Shown: positions 54,873 to 64,000 of the stretch, piece after piece
How positions within the stretch are numbered: position 1 is the stretch's first letter
How the letters are laid out: every line of letters starts with the position of its first letter
Source: Nitrospirota bacterium
GTDB taxonomy: Bacteria > Nitrospirota > UBA9217
Assembly (NCBI GenBank): GCA_963845065.1
Contig: CAWJQQ010000008.1
Location: forward strand, 160,001 to 224,000
DNA length: 64,000 bases
Direction of reading: 5' to 3'
Position numbers and translations under genes: made by a program
Notes under the pieces: generated by a model
Told to the model about the DNA's origin: nothing
Databases searched by the model: none
The model's input: only the letters and a program-made list of their open reading frames with translations

Positions 54873-55745
54873 ATGAGAGCAGAAATATTAATAGGAGGAG
54901 CAACCGGTAACACAGGCCTTCCACTGGTGAAGCACCTTGCGGCCGCAGGTGTTCCCGTTCGGGCATTGATCCATTCCCCAGCTAAGAAGTCCCTTGTAGA
55001 GCACGAGAACGTGGAAACCATTGAAGGAGATTTTGCCAATGCCGGTTTGATCGAGCGGGCGCTCGAAGGAATATCGCGAGCCTACCTCGCTTCGCCAGCA
55101 TCCCCGGACCAGGTAAAATACCAAATCAATTTTGTTGATGCAGCGAAGGTTATGGGCATCAAACACCTAGTGAAGTTATCTGCAATCGGCACCGCGCCGG
55201 ATTCTCCGGTAGGCTTGCTTCGCTGGCACGCCGAGATAGAGGATTATATTAGGAAATCCGGGATCAATTATACATTCCTGCACCCACATTATTTCATGGA
55301 GAATCTTCTGGTCAATACCGAGTCTGTTATCAAGGAGGGGGCAATCTATTCACCTCTTGGAGAAACGAGGATCAGCATGATATCGGTACAAGACATCGCA
55401 GCGGCCGCAGCGGCGATCCTGATCGATGGAGGGCACATGGGGAAAACCTATACCCTGACAGGTCCAGAAGCGATGAATTTTAGCGAAATCGCAGAATCTC
55501 TGGGAGATATTGTCGGAAAGCACGTCAAATACGTTCAAGTCCCTTATGAAACAGCAAAAGCTGGAATGATCAAGGCGGGCATGCCGGCATGGTTCGCTGA
55601 CGATATCGTCATGCTCATGCAATCCTGGGGTAACGGGAAAGGGAGCATCGTAAGCACCTATGTGGAAAAACTGACGGGGAAGAAACCCATTGCTGTGCAT
55701 GAGTTTTTACTGAGGCATAGGAATAGATTCCTCGCTGCCGCATGA
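54873..55745 (+). CDS. NmrA-like / atypical SDR oxidoreductase
   Basis: GATGNTG, VKLS, H...E, DIA..AA, Y.LTGPE. Confidence 0.9.
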   Translation: MRAEILIGGATGNTGLPLVKHLAAAGVPVRALIHSPAKKSLVEHENVETIEGDFANAGLIERALEGISRAYLASPASPDQVKYQINFVDAAKVMGIKHLVKLSAIGTAPDSPVGLLRWHAEIEDYIRKSGINYTFLHPHYFMENLLVNTESVIKEGAIYSPLGETRISMISVQDIAAAAAAILIDGGHMGKTYTLTGPEAMNFSEIAESLGDIVGKHVKYVQVPYETAKAGMIKAGMPAWFADDIVMLMQSWGNGKGSIVSTYVEKLTGKKPIAVHEFLLRHRNRFLAAA

Positions 55746-55936
55746 ACGATAAGATCACCCACCCCCTTTGGGCTAGCGGCTAGCGGCTCCTCAATATGAG
55801 CCAACAGCCGCATTCATGACAGAGCCCCATGACGTGCTATGAATACGGATGTTTAGAAGGCACCGCATTTGTATTGGCAAATTATTCATTCCCCGCACGA
55901 ACCCTTTACAGCTTTTTCCTCCCGGTCTATCTTCTC

Positions 55937-56488
55937 CTATCTACCGTCTCGCGATGATCTACCTGAACCACCTGAGGCGCCAATCGCCCGCTCGACGTCC
56001 GGGTCCAGTTTGATGTACACTCTAGCCTTGCCATCCCGCAGCGAGTAGGAGATCAACATGATATCGGACTTGCCGAATTCCCAAGGAAGGTATAAGGGAC
56101 GCACTTCGTAACCGATAGTCCCGCCGCTGTCGTCGGGAATCCTCTCAAGCTTCGTCTGCCAGAGGCGGTAAGTAGTGCACTTGAGGAATGAATTGGCCTC
56201 GTTGAGCGCCTGTTGCGCTGGTACATTCGCCTTTACCTTGTAAGAGGTATCGAGATCAAATATCTCCAAAGGATATTTGCTTGAGTCGCTCACGAGGAAG
56301 GCTACGTTCTGTGCATCATCCGGATAGTGGCACCCATAGAGCAGCAGCGTATAGGTTCCCGTTACTGCCGCCGGGTCTGCTGCAGATGTCGTGAGTGGTA
56401 TTCCAGTCATGCAACTGGTTAGTGTAGCGGCAAAGACTAAGAATACCGCTGCGCTTAATACTCTTTTACTGCTTTCCATGCCCACCAT
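55937..56488 (-). CDS. Hypothetical lipoprotein
   Basis: Lipobox LTSC; AAGGAG SD before ATG 56488. Confidence 0.75.
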   Translation of the reverse strand: MVGMESSKRVLSAAVFLVFAATLTSCMTGIPLTTSAADPAAVTGTYTLLLYGCHYPDDAQNVAFLVSDSSKYPLEIFDLDTSYKVKANVPAQQALNEANSFLKCTTYRLWQTKLERIPDDSGGTIGYEVRPLYLPWEFGKSDIMLISYSLRDGKARVYIKLDPDVERAIGASGGSGRSSRDGR

Positions 56489-56773
56489 TCTCCTTTCCTT
56501 CACACTAAACCGTGCCCTTTTTGGTTTACACCAATCATACTATATAGTATAAAGCTTTTTTGAATATTGTGCACCCTGAGGTGGACCCTTCCAGGAAGGC
56601 GTCCCCCCTATGTTAACCTGTAGCCCATAAAATAGTGACGTCTCGGTTGACTTTAGACTTTATTTCGGTATGATGGTAAGTAACTCTTATCTATGCGAAC
56701 TGCCGTTGCCTGGACTCGGTTTGTCTATTACGCTACGGAAAACATTTTGCCGTATGAGGGATTTTAAGATTTT

Positions 56774-57154
56774 ATGATGCAACGGGCGAACAAATGGGTC
56801 CTCGTGGTCGACGACTCTCAGACGATGCGTATGTTACTGCTGTTTCACGTGATAAAAATGATGCCTGGGGTCAAGATCGTAGAGGCTGTAAACGGCGCCC
56901 ACGCATTGGAAAAATTGAAGCAACAGAATGTCGACCTCATTCTTACGGATATGAACATGCCGGAACTGGATGGGGCCGGCCTGATCTACGCTGTGCGTCA
57001 TGATCTGAAACTAGAGACACCAATAATCATCATTACCACGAAAGGCGAGCAACGCGACCGAGAGGGTTGGATGGATTTGGGTGCCAATGGATATATTACC
57101 AAACCCATTGACGTCCGGCAATTCAGGGAAACAATACGAAAATATATTTCATGA
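56774..57154 (+). CDS. CheY-like single-domain response regulator
   Basis: VVDDS, ILTDMNMP..DG, ITT, YITKP. Confidence 0.92.
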   Translation: MMQRANKWVLVVDDSQTMRMLLLFHVIKMMPGVKIVEAVNGAHALEKLKQQNVDLILTDMNMPELDGAGLIYAVRHDLKLETPIIIITTKGEQRDREGWMDLGANGYITKPIDVRQFRETIRKYIS

Positions 57155-57300
57155 GCCTAAACGAGCAGGGAGTTACTGCTCCGGGGAATGCATGGCAGCT
57201 GAAAACGACCTGGGACGTACTGAAGACACCGGGTGACGCGGATGCGTACGGGAGACGTATCATTGTTTATAGCAAGATAACCTGTGAGAAAAATCGTTTC

Positions 57301-57492
57301 TTATTTCTTGCGCGATCTTGACGCCCTCGGGATCTTCTCCGGCTTCGTCTTCCCGACGACCGCATAGAGGTGATAAGCACAGTCCGGTCCGACGAGCCTC
57401 CTGGCGGATTCGAGAGAGATCTTTGCTTTCCCATCTATTATCAGCCGACGGTACAGGTACCGTAGCCGAATCTCCTCGGACTGCATTGTCAT
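57301..57492 (-). CDS. Small basic hypothetical protein
   Basis: GAAGG SD before the ATG; lies downstream of the 6S-like RNA. Confidence 0.5.
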   Translation of the reverse strand: MTMQSEEIRLRYLYRRLIIDGKAKISLESARRLVGPDCAYHLYAVVGKTKPEKIPRASRSRKK

Positions 57493-57604
57493 CGTTAACC
57501 TTCCTTCAAATGGATCAAAAGGGGCAATGCCATTTTAACGTAATCCTACCCCTAAAGCATATGGGATTCTGGAATGCAAAGGGAGCTGCTGTCAGTATCA
57601 ACAG

Positions 57605-57761
57605 TCTTACTGCTTCACACCTAATGGTGGGATGCCCTCACCGTTCCAGTTTCAAATTCTTAGCGGGCAAAAGTTTTATCCGGCAAACTCCTTGCCGGAA
57701 CCCCCCATACGTTTGGTTTCATGGAACAGAGCAGGGATCCGTTTCACTGTCGTGAAGCATA
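57605..57761 (-). ncRNA. ssrS: 6S RNA-like (SsrS)
   Basis: Long rod: UGCUUCAC/GUGAAGCA closing stem, GGAUCCCU/AGGGCAUCC, CUGUUCCA/UGGAACGG, central bubble, apical UCCGGCAA/UUGCCGGA hairpin; 6S-like CCCUGC..UGUUC and GAGGGCA.CCCACC segments. Confidence 0.75.
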
Positions 57762-57767
57762 GTTATT

Positions 57768-57796
57768 ATAATATCATAGTAGTAAACATTTGTCAA
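57768..57796 (-). promoter_or_regulatory. Sigma70 promoter of the 6S-like RNA
   Basis: TTGACA (57796-57791), 17 bp, TATTAT (57773-57768). Confidence 0.8.
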
Positions 57797-58014
57797 CTAT
57801 GCCTGTTCAGCGCTTTCATTCAACCATAGCATGTGCGGTTTTTCGCGCAGGGTTCCTAAAATTGTTTGGCAGGTAGCGCAAGAAAAAAAGTGTTCATTTT
57901 CCGATACCCTAAAAATACCTATCGAGGGCATTTACTTTTTGCGGGATTTAAGTATTATAGGTACTATAGGAATGATAGGCTGCTAATCAGTAGCGTGTAA
58001 AGGAATATTACGCA

Positions 58015-59487
58015 TTGGGGAAAAGTAAATTTATCATAGTCCTGGGTTTAGTGCTCGTAAGCTTCTGTCTGCTGGTGCTCGGCGTTTGCCTATTAACGGT
58101 TGCAGACGACGGATCCAAACTACGTAATATGGTAGCCGTTCTTCTGTTCATCTTATCGCCTTTTCCTTCCGTCATCGCGTCTCTTGTGATCAAGAACCTC
58201 AACGCTTTAGCCAGACAGGTGAAACAGTATGAGACGCACGACCCCTTGACTTTCTTGTATAACCAAAAAACCTTTCGAAATTTGCTCGGATATGAAATCG
58301 AGCGGGCAAAGAGACATAAATATAGCTTCTCAATCATGCTCGTCGATCTTGACGATTTCAAGAACATCAACGATGTCCACGGCCACGAAACTGGGGATTC
58401 TTATCTCCGTGAGTTCTCTACGCTGCTGAAGACAGCCATCCGTAAGGGCGATGTTGCAGCCAGATTCAGCGGTGACAATTTTGCCGCCCTCCTCCCGGTT
58501 TGCGACGAGGCCCAGGCATATATCGTGGCCAAGCGACTCAACGAGAGCACCAAGGAGAATACGTACCACCTTCCAGATGGTGCGCTGGCCAGCGTTACCC
58601 TTTCAATCGGCCTAGCTGTTTATCCGGACCACGCACAGGACGCGCCGTCTCTTTTTCAAGTTGCTGATTCCATGCTGCGCCAAGCCAAAGTTTTCGGCAA
58701 AGACCGGATAGGCATCCCCAGCGACGATCTGGATATTGATTGGCTTAAGAGTGCGGGCCAGAAGAGTGTTTTTATCTTGGAGTCGATAAGGCAGAAGCGT
58801 GTCGTTCCCTATTTCCAGCCCATCGTCGGCACTAAGAACCAGTTGGTCATGGCCTATGAGGTCTTGACGCGGATCGTCATGCCTGAACGAATCGTTGCAG
58901 CAGCCGAGTTTATAGAAGAGGCCGAAGGGATGGGGGCAATCGGGAAAATCGACTATTTGCTCATCGACCAAGCACTGGCCGCTGTGAAGCGGCATGAGTA
59001 TAAAGGCAAGCTCTTCTTCAACCTCTCTCCGAAGGCTCTGGTAATGAATGAATTCATGCCCACAATGCGTGGCTTCATGACCTACTACCAAGTTGAGCCC
59101 CAGCAGCTTGTCTTTGAGATTACTGAACGGGACACTGTAAAAAAATTGAGTCAGGTGGAGAAAATCATCCGCGGTCTGAAGGAAGACGGCTTTCAGCTTG
59201 CCATCGATGATTTCGGAGCTGGCTACTCATCATTCCAGTATATCAAATTGTTTAAAGTTGACTATTTGAAAATAGACGGTGAATTTATTAACAGCATGAG
59301 CGGAGAAAACAGCAAAATGGAAAAGGCAATCGTATCGAATATTGCCGCTCTTGCCGGAGAACTCGGAATAAAAACCATCGCCGAGTGCGTTGAATCCGCG
59401 TCCATCCTGGACCATGTCCGGTCTGCGGGCATTGATTTTGCCCAGGGATACTTCATCCGTCATCCTCTGCCCGATCTAAATTCGTAG
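58015..59487 (+). CDS. Membrane-anchored GGDEF-EAL protein with degenerate GGDEF (probable c-di-GMP phosphodiesterase)
   Basis: Two TM helices; DLDDFK.IND..GH; RKGD then SGDNF; YEVL.R, EITE, DDFGAGYSS, KIDG, QGY. Confidence 0.9.
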   Translation: MGKSKFIIVLGLVLVSFCLLVLGVCLLTVADDGSKLRNMVAVLLFILSPFPSVIASLVIKNLNALARQVKQYETHDPLTFLYNQKTFRNLLGYEIERAKRHKYSFSIMLVDLDDFKNINDVHGHETGDSYLREFSTLLKTAIRKGDVAARFSGDNFAALLPVCDEAQAYIVAKRLNESTKENTYHLPDGALASVTLSIGLAVYPDHAQDAPSLFQVADSMLRQAKVFGKDRIGIPSDDLDIDWLKSAGQKSVFILESIRQKRVVPYFQPIVGTKNQLVMAYEVLTRIVMPERIVAAAEFIEEAEGMGAIGKIDYLLIDQALAAVKRHEYKGKLFFNLSPKALVMNEFMPTMRGFMTYYQVEPQQLVFEITERDTVKKLSQVEKIIRGLKEDGFQLAIDDFGAGYSSFQYIKLFKVDYLKIDGEFINSMSGENSKMEKAIVSNIAALAGELGIKTIAECVESASILDHVRSAGIDFAQGYFIRHPLPDLNS

Positions 59488-59654
59488 ATAGACAGGCAAC
59501 CCCCTTTCTCCATGTCCATTTCTTTCCTTAGAACTCACATCAATATGAGCTTTTAGTTATATGCTGCAAAATAGTGCTAAAATATAAATATATTTTTAAG
59601 CAAAGAAATGCAGGTTTGTGAACGCATTCGAATTCAGAAAGGAGAAGTGCCGGC

Positions 59655-60122
59655 ATGTTAAAAAATAGGATTACCAATCTGACCATATTAATTGCACTGT
59701 CAGCGCTGATCGCAAGCGGATGTTGTCGGACGCCTGAAAAAAGGGCGGAACATTATGTACAGCACATGGCGGAAGAGCTTAAGCTGGACGATGCCCAGAA
59801 GGCGAAGCTGGAGAAGATCAAGGATGAATTCCTTGCCTTACGGCCCTGGATGGCCAAAATGAGGGAAGCAACATTGAAAGAAGCTGGCGAACTTATGCGA
59901 AGCACAGAAATCGACAAGGCGAAGCTGGAAGGCTTGAAGGCGAAAAACCAAGCTCAGGCAGACGATATAATCCGATTCTTTAGTGCGAGATTAATTGAAA
60001 TCCATGATATGCTCACACCGGAGCAGCGCGATAAACTGGCAACGATGATGGAGAAACATATGGGTGCGAAACAAGTGGAAAAGAAGCCCGAGACTGGCGG
60101 AGGATCGAGTTCCGGATATTAA
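59655..60122 (+). CDS. Spy/CpxP-family periplasmic chaperone lipoprotein
   Basis: Lipobox ASGC, LKLDDAQ and LTPEQR motifs. Confidence 0.88.
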   Translation: MLKNRITNLTILIALSALIASGCCRTPEKRAEHYVQHMAEELKLDDAQKAKLEKIKDEFLALRPWMAKMREATLKEAGELMRSTEIDKAKLEGLKAKNQAQADDIIRFFSARLIEIHDMLTPEQRDKLATMMEKHMGAKQVEKKPETGGGSSSGY

Positions 60123-60587
60123 GCTTAGTATATTTGATCTTTGAGATTCGAGGAAAGGCGGGAGAATGATTCAATTTACCCCGATCTTTTTTACGGCATA
60201 CCGCGTGGATGGAAACGCAGAACCTTAACTTTATCTGCTATCATAAATCGCGATGTACACTATGGGGGGAAATGCCAGCATGCTGATTGCGATGTATACT
60301 CCTTACCCTCGGCCGCCAGAGTGCTGTATGAACCCATTCTCATTTATGGCAGATGACTGCTTCGTTCTCTCGAACGTCGGACGAGCCCTTCTTCGAGGCC
60401 GGGGAAGATGTCAAGTGTATCGGCATTTGTTCCCCCTTGAACGGACACGAATGCGGCGCATTCTGTATATAATGAAGCGACCGGCAAATGCCAAATTCTT
60501 TTAACGGTCGATTGATGAATTACTTGGAACGGGCTATGATGAGTTCATCATCATACCAGTACTATTCAGCGGAATGAGGAGGTCTCT

Positions 60588-61139
60588 ATGCCGAGAGTAG
60601 TGGTCATACTTGCGGATGGTTTTGAAGAGGTTGAAGCTATTGCCATTATCGACGTGCTGCGGAGGGCCGAGATCCATACAGTCATTGCCGGGTTGCATGA
60701 TAACCAAGTTATAAGTGCTCGGAACGTGAAGGTCATACCTGACACGGTCATCGACACCATCAAAGCCGATGACTTCGACATGATCGTACTACCAGGCGGA
60801 CAGCCGGGTTCAGACAACCTGAACGCAGACCCTCGGGTGAAAGAGTTGATCAGAAGCTTTTCAGAGAAAGGTAAGTTCATGGGCGCCATCTGTGCCGCTC
60901 CCTACGTTCTTGCGAATGCGGGCGTGCTTACGGGAAAGCGCGCTACCTCCTATCCGTCATACAAGGACAAGCTGGGCAATGTACGGTACGAAGAAAAATC
61001 TGTCGTAGTCGACGGGAAAGTGCTGACTAGCAGGGGTGCGGGAACAGCGCTTGCCTTCGGCCTCGCCATTGTCGAAAAGCTCATCAGCAAGGATAAAGCC
61101 CTAAAGATCAAAGACTCGATGCTAGTTATCAGTGACTGA
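60588..61139 (+). CDS. DJ-1/PfpI-family (YajL/ThiJ) protein
   Basis: GFEEVEA, LPGG, AICAAP, TSRGAGT. Confidence 0.93.
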   Translation: MPRVVVILADGFEEVEAIAIIDVLRRAEIHTVIAGLHDNQVISARNVKVIPDTVIDTIKADDFDMIVLPGGQPGSDNLNADPRVKELIRSFSEKGKFMGAICAAPYVLANAGVLTGKRATSYPSYKDKLGNVRYEEKSVVVDGKVLTSRGAGTALAFGLAIVEKLISKDKALKIKDSMLVISD

Positions 61140-61200
61140 GAGCATGACAGCTGCCGCGGAACCTGTTAAGCGGCGACAGGGCAGGTTTTTCATTATTCAT

Positions 61201-61539
61201 CTATTTATTTCGGGAGACGTGATACAATAATCTAACCATGACGCTCAAGGGTTTTTTCACACTTGTAGGGTGCCCATTGATGATGAATGTCATGTCCGGG
61301 AGGATAAAAGACATGAACACTGAAAAATAAAAAATATCCGTCCAGATGAAAGGCCTGTCAAAGGAAATGATGAACCTGCCCAACATAATTGTCAGCGGGA
61401 AGATGACGGACGGGGAAATTGAGAAGATACACGACAGGAGGACGTAAATACAAAAAATGATATCGGACAAGATGATGAAAAAAAACCGTCGCGTTGTCAC
61501 TTCCGCGCATAGGTAGGTTTCTATTGTGTTTGCGAGCAC
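61201..61539 (-). CDS. Possible small hydrophobic membrane protein or remnant
   Basis: Phe/Ile-rich ORF with no recognisable family and no clear SD. Confidence 0.3.
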   Translation of the reverse strand: MLANTIETYLCAEVTTRRFFFIILSDIIFCIYVLLSCIFSISPSVIFPLTIMLGRFIISFDRPFIWTDIFYFSVFMSFILPDMTFIINGHPTSVKKPLSVMVRLLYHVSRNK

Positions 61540-61584
61540 AATGTTGTCTTTATATCAGCGTGTATCAGCCTGCAGGAGGGTGAG

Positions 61585-61749
61585 ATGGAATTCTGCGACC
61601 TTGATTGCAAATATGCCAAGTTCCCACAGTCCGATGCCGTTGACGGGTCGCGAAGCTGCAGGACATTCGTCGCTCTCCAATGCACGCTTAGAAAGAAACT
61701 CGTGCACAAGAACCTGCCTTGTAAGGACAAAGTAATCAGAAAATGGTAG
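61585..61749 (+). CDS. 54-aa Cys-rich microprotein MEFCDLDCKYAKFPQSDAVDGSRSCRTFVALQCTLRKKLVHKNLPCKDKVIRKW
   Basis: AGGAGG SD; five Cys; below the 60-aa ORF cutoff. Confidence 0.75.
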   Translation: MEFCDLDCKYAKFPQSDAVDGSRSCRTFVALQCTLRKKLVHKNLPCKDKVIRKW

Positions 61750-61834
61750 CCGCAGTTCGCGGTTATTTTTTACGATTTTCCTCCCTAAAAATTTGATACA
61801 ATAAAGCCATATAACAAGCTCAGGCAGGTGATGC

Positions 61835-62570
61835 ATGCTTACCGCTTTGATCTTCGAGATATGAACGCGAATGTCGAGGCGCTCCAAGCCGTGCTTGAAC
61901 GGATCAAGGTGCTCGAGGTTGAAGCAATCATGCGCGCCTCGGAGATATCGTGGGATACAATACTAATTCCGATGAATGTATCGATATTTTCTGAAACGAA
62001 AACGTCACCTGTATCCTTGGTAACCATAATGCCAGCGCTGCGGATATGGAGGTAACTGAGGATTTTAATCGGCTTGCTCGGGTTGTCGTGTTGTAGACAC
62101 GAGAACAGCTGACAGAAGAGAACAGATGGTTCCTTGTGGCCATGCCCCGCGAACGGCGGGTCCGCAATTTTGCCCGGTTCCACGGCTTCGTTTATTAAAG
62201 CGACAGTTATATCTTCTTGTGCGAAGACGTCGTGATAACTTACGCCGCTTGGTCGGTTTTCATGGAGCTCTCAATATCGGGTTCTTCGGCCACACGCATC
62301 TGCGAGCGGCATTGAGCGAGTAAGGGGGCGTGGTTATACTTTTGCACGCGGACGGGGCGCTGGACCTCGAATCCTGTGAATAAGTACTTGATCGATCTCG
62401 GAAGCATGGGCCAGCTCAGCGACGCCAACACTGCGCCTCATTCCTGGTCTACGACGATCAATGCCACTGCGTCATTTTACATCGGGTCGCATACAACATC
62501 CATGCATGCCATGATAAGATCACAGGGCTGGTCTAGCTTGCCGAACTGCTTGATGGTGGATTGTAAACTA
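61835..62570 (+). pseudogene. Degraded calcineurin-like metallophosphoesterase (YfcE/MJ0936 type)
   Basis: Motifs occur in order across shifting frames: ANVEAL.AVL, LGDIVGY (61941), internal TGA (61992), ILGNH (62019), FFGHTH (62282), DLGSMGQ (62394); limits approximate. Confidence 0.75.
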
Positions 62571-62593
62571 CGATGGACGGCCAAGGAGGAACT

Positions 62594-63643
62594 ATGGAGA
62601 AGATTTCATTCGAGTCCGTTGAATCCTGCTTCACGATTCTGAACCCACAGCAAAATTTCACCGAGGAAACCCACAAAGTGGAAGTGCGCAAAGACCCGCT
62701 CCTCGGGGACGCGAGTGTGTATAACCCCTTTCTCCGTGACAAAGCAAAGGCATTCTTCGGAGACAATGATCCTGAGCTGGTGCGACGGCTCGTGGACGAA
62801 AGTGCCAAGACCTGCATCTTTTGTGGCGATCGTATTGAGAAAATCACGCCGAAATATCCGCCAACAATAGTTCCGGAAGGACGCATCAGGCGGGGCGAAG
62901 CGGTATTATTCCCGAACCTTTTTGCGATAGGGAAATATCATGCAGTAATAGCGCTCAGCGAATCCCACTTCCTTAAACTTTCAGAGTTTACGACCGAGAT
63001 CATCGGGGATGGTCTGACTGTGGTGCGTGACTTTATCAATGCAGTATACCGCAACGATGAATCAGTCCAGTTCGCAACGATCAATGCCAATTATCTTTTC
63101 CCAGGGGGCGCCAGCCTGGTCCATCCGCATTTGCAGGTCCTGCTGACACCGGTAGCCTATTCCTACCATGCTCGTATAATCGAAGCTTGCAGGTCTTATC
63201 ACAAACGGAATTTGACTACCTTCCATGTAGATTTGCTTGAAGAAGAAAAGAACCGCGGGATACGGTATGTCGCGCACCTCGGCAACTGGCATTGGATAAC
63301 CGCGTTCTCTCCCCTGGGAAGCAATGAAGTGACTGCCGTCCACGAGACCGTAAGCGATTTCACATACCTCACCGATGCTGACATCCGGGCCCTGGCAAAG
63401 GGTATCTCGAAGGTGCTGGCGTTCTATGAAAGCTTGGGCCACCTTAGTTATAATTATTCGCTCTACAGTGTTCGGCAGCCGCAGGCAGGCGAAGGTCATC
63501 GATGCGTACTGAAAATAGTCAACCGGCAAAACCTTTATCCGAATTATCGGAACGACGATTACTTTCTTCAAAAAATGCTTCAGACGGAGTTGATCATCAA
63601 CCTGCCGGAGGAACTGGCTGGTAAGCTAAGGGGATTTTATTAA
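62594..63643 (+). CDS. Galactose-1-phosphate uridylyltransferase-like (GalT/HIT) protein
   Basis: EVRKDPL, CIFC, FPNLF, GASLVHPHLQ (HxHxQ); AGGAGG SD. Confidence 0.85.
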   Translation: MEKISFESVESCFTILNPQQNFTEETHKVEVRKDPLLGDASVYNPFLRDKAKAFFGDNDPELVRRLVDESAKTCIFCGDRIEKITPKYPPTIVPEGRIRRGEAVLFPNLFAIGKYHAVIALSESHFLKLSEFTTEIIGDGLTVVRDFINAVYRNDESVQFATINANYLFPGGASLVHPHLQVLLTPVAYSYHARIIEACRSYHKRNLTTFHVDLLEEEKNRGIRYVAHLGNWHWITAFSPLGSNEVTAVHETVSDFTYLTDADIRALAKGISKVLAFYESLGHLSYNYSLYSVRQPQAGEGHRCVLKIVNRQNLYPNYRNDDYFLQKMLQTELIINLPEELAGKLRGFY

Positions 63644-63710
63644 GAGATGAGGTTCTTTTAAAAAAGTTTAAATGCGCACAGGAAAGACAATTTCTGGAAA
63701 AGGAGATTAG

Positions 63711-64000
63711 ATGGAACAACAGGTAGTGATCGTCGGCGGCGGCTTTGGAGGACTTGAGGCCGCTTTTTTACTGAAGGAACTTTTGGGACATTCGGGCATG
63801 ATAACGCTCGTGGACAGAAACGCCTTTCATTACTTCATTCCGTCAATCCACGAAATTGTATCGGGCAAGTCGAGTGTTGAGAGCATCCGGATCCCATTTG
63901 CCGCCATGCTCGGCCCCGCAGGCATCCGGTTCATTCAGGACGAAGTGCTTTCACTGAATAAGGCGAACAAAGAGGTCATCTGTCGAGACAGGACACTGCA
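63711..64000 (+). CDS. FAD-dependent oxidoreductase (NDH-2 / sulfide:quinone reductase-like), truncated by the window end
   Basis: AAGGAG SD; MEQQVVIVGGGFGGLEAA...ITLVDR...FIPS. Confidence 0.85.
   Translation, partial: MEQQVVIVGGGFGGLEAAFLLKELLGHSGMITLVDRNAFHYFIPSIHEIVSGKSSVESIRIPFAAMLGPAGIRFIQDEVLSLNKANKEVICRDRTL

Overview
Bacterial chromosome segment, probably Nitrospirota or a deltaproteobacterium-like anaerobe (inferred from gene order and rRNA style; not checked). Most of it is housekeeping: trpE/pabB-like, tmk-holB-ricT-metG-tatD, TPR-lolB-like-ispE-spoVG-tRNA-Gln-prs-rplY-pth-ychF, ribF, tyrS, and a complete rrn operon (16S, tRNA-Ile, tRNA-Ala, 23S, 5S). After that come a TolC/EmrA/EmrB efflux operon, mltA, a Lon-like protease, a DUF2946/RAPP-led metal-uptake operon and small accessory genes. 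Two things stand out. (1) A three-layer nest of RNA-guided mobile DNA at 23.4-27.1 kb. A decayed pilT gene is split by an IS608-like tnpB-only element (23517-26916). That element's tnpB is in turn split, at a duplicated CT core, by an IS1111-group IS110 element (23838-25556). The IS1111 bridge RNA can be read directly, and its guide loops match both the tnpB target site and the element's own circle junction. (2) An unannotated, highly structured RNA candidate of about 325 nt (2353-2675, minus strand) with its own promoter and a boxA-like motif identical to the one in the rrn leader. Also present: a probable 6S RNA in an atypical context, two microproteins below the ORF-track cutoff, and a metallophosphoesterase pseudogene.
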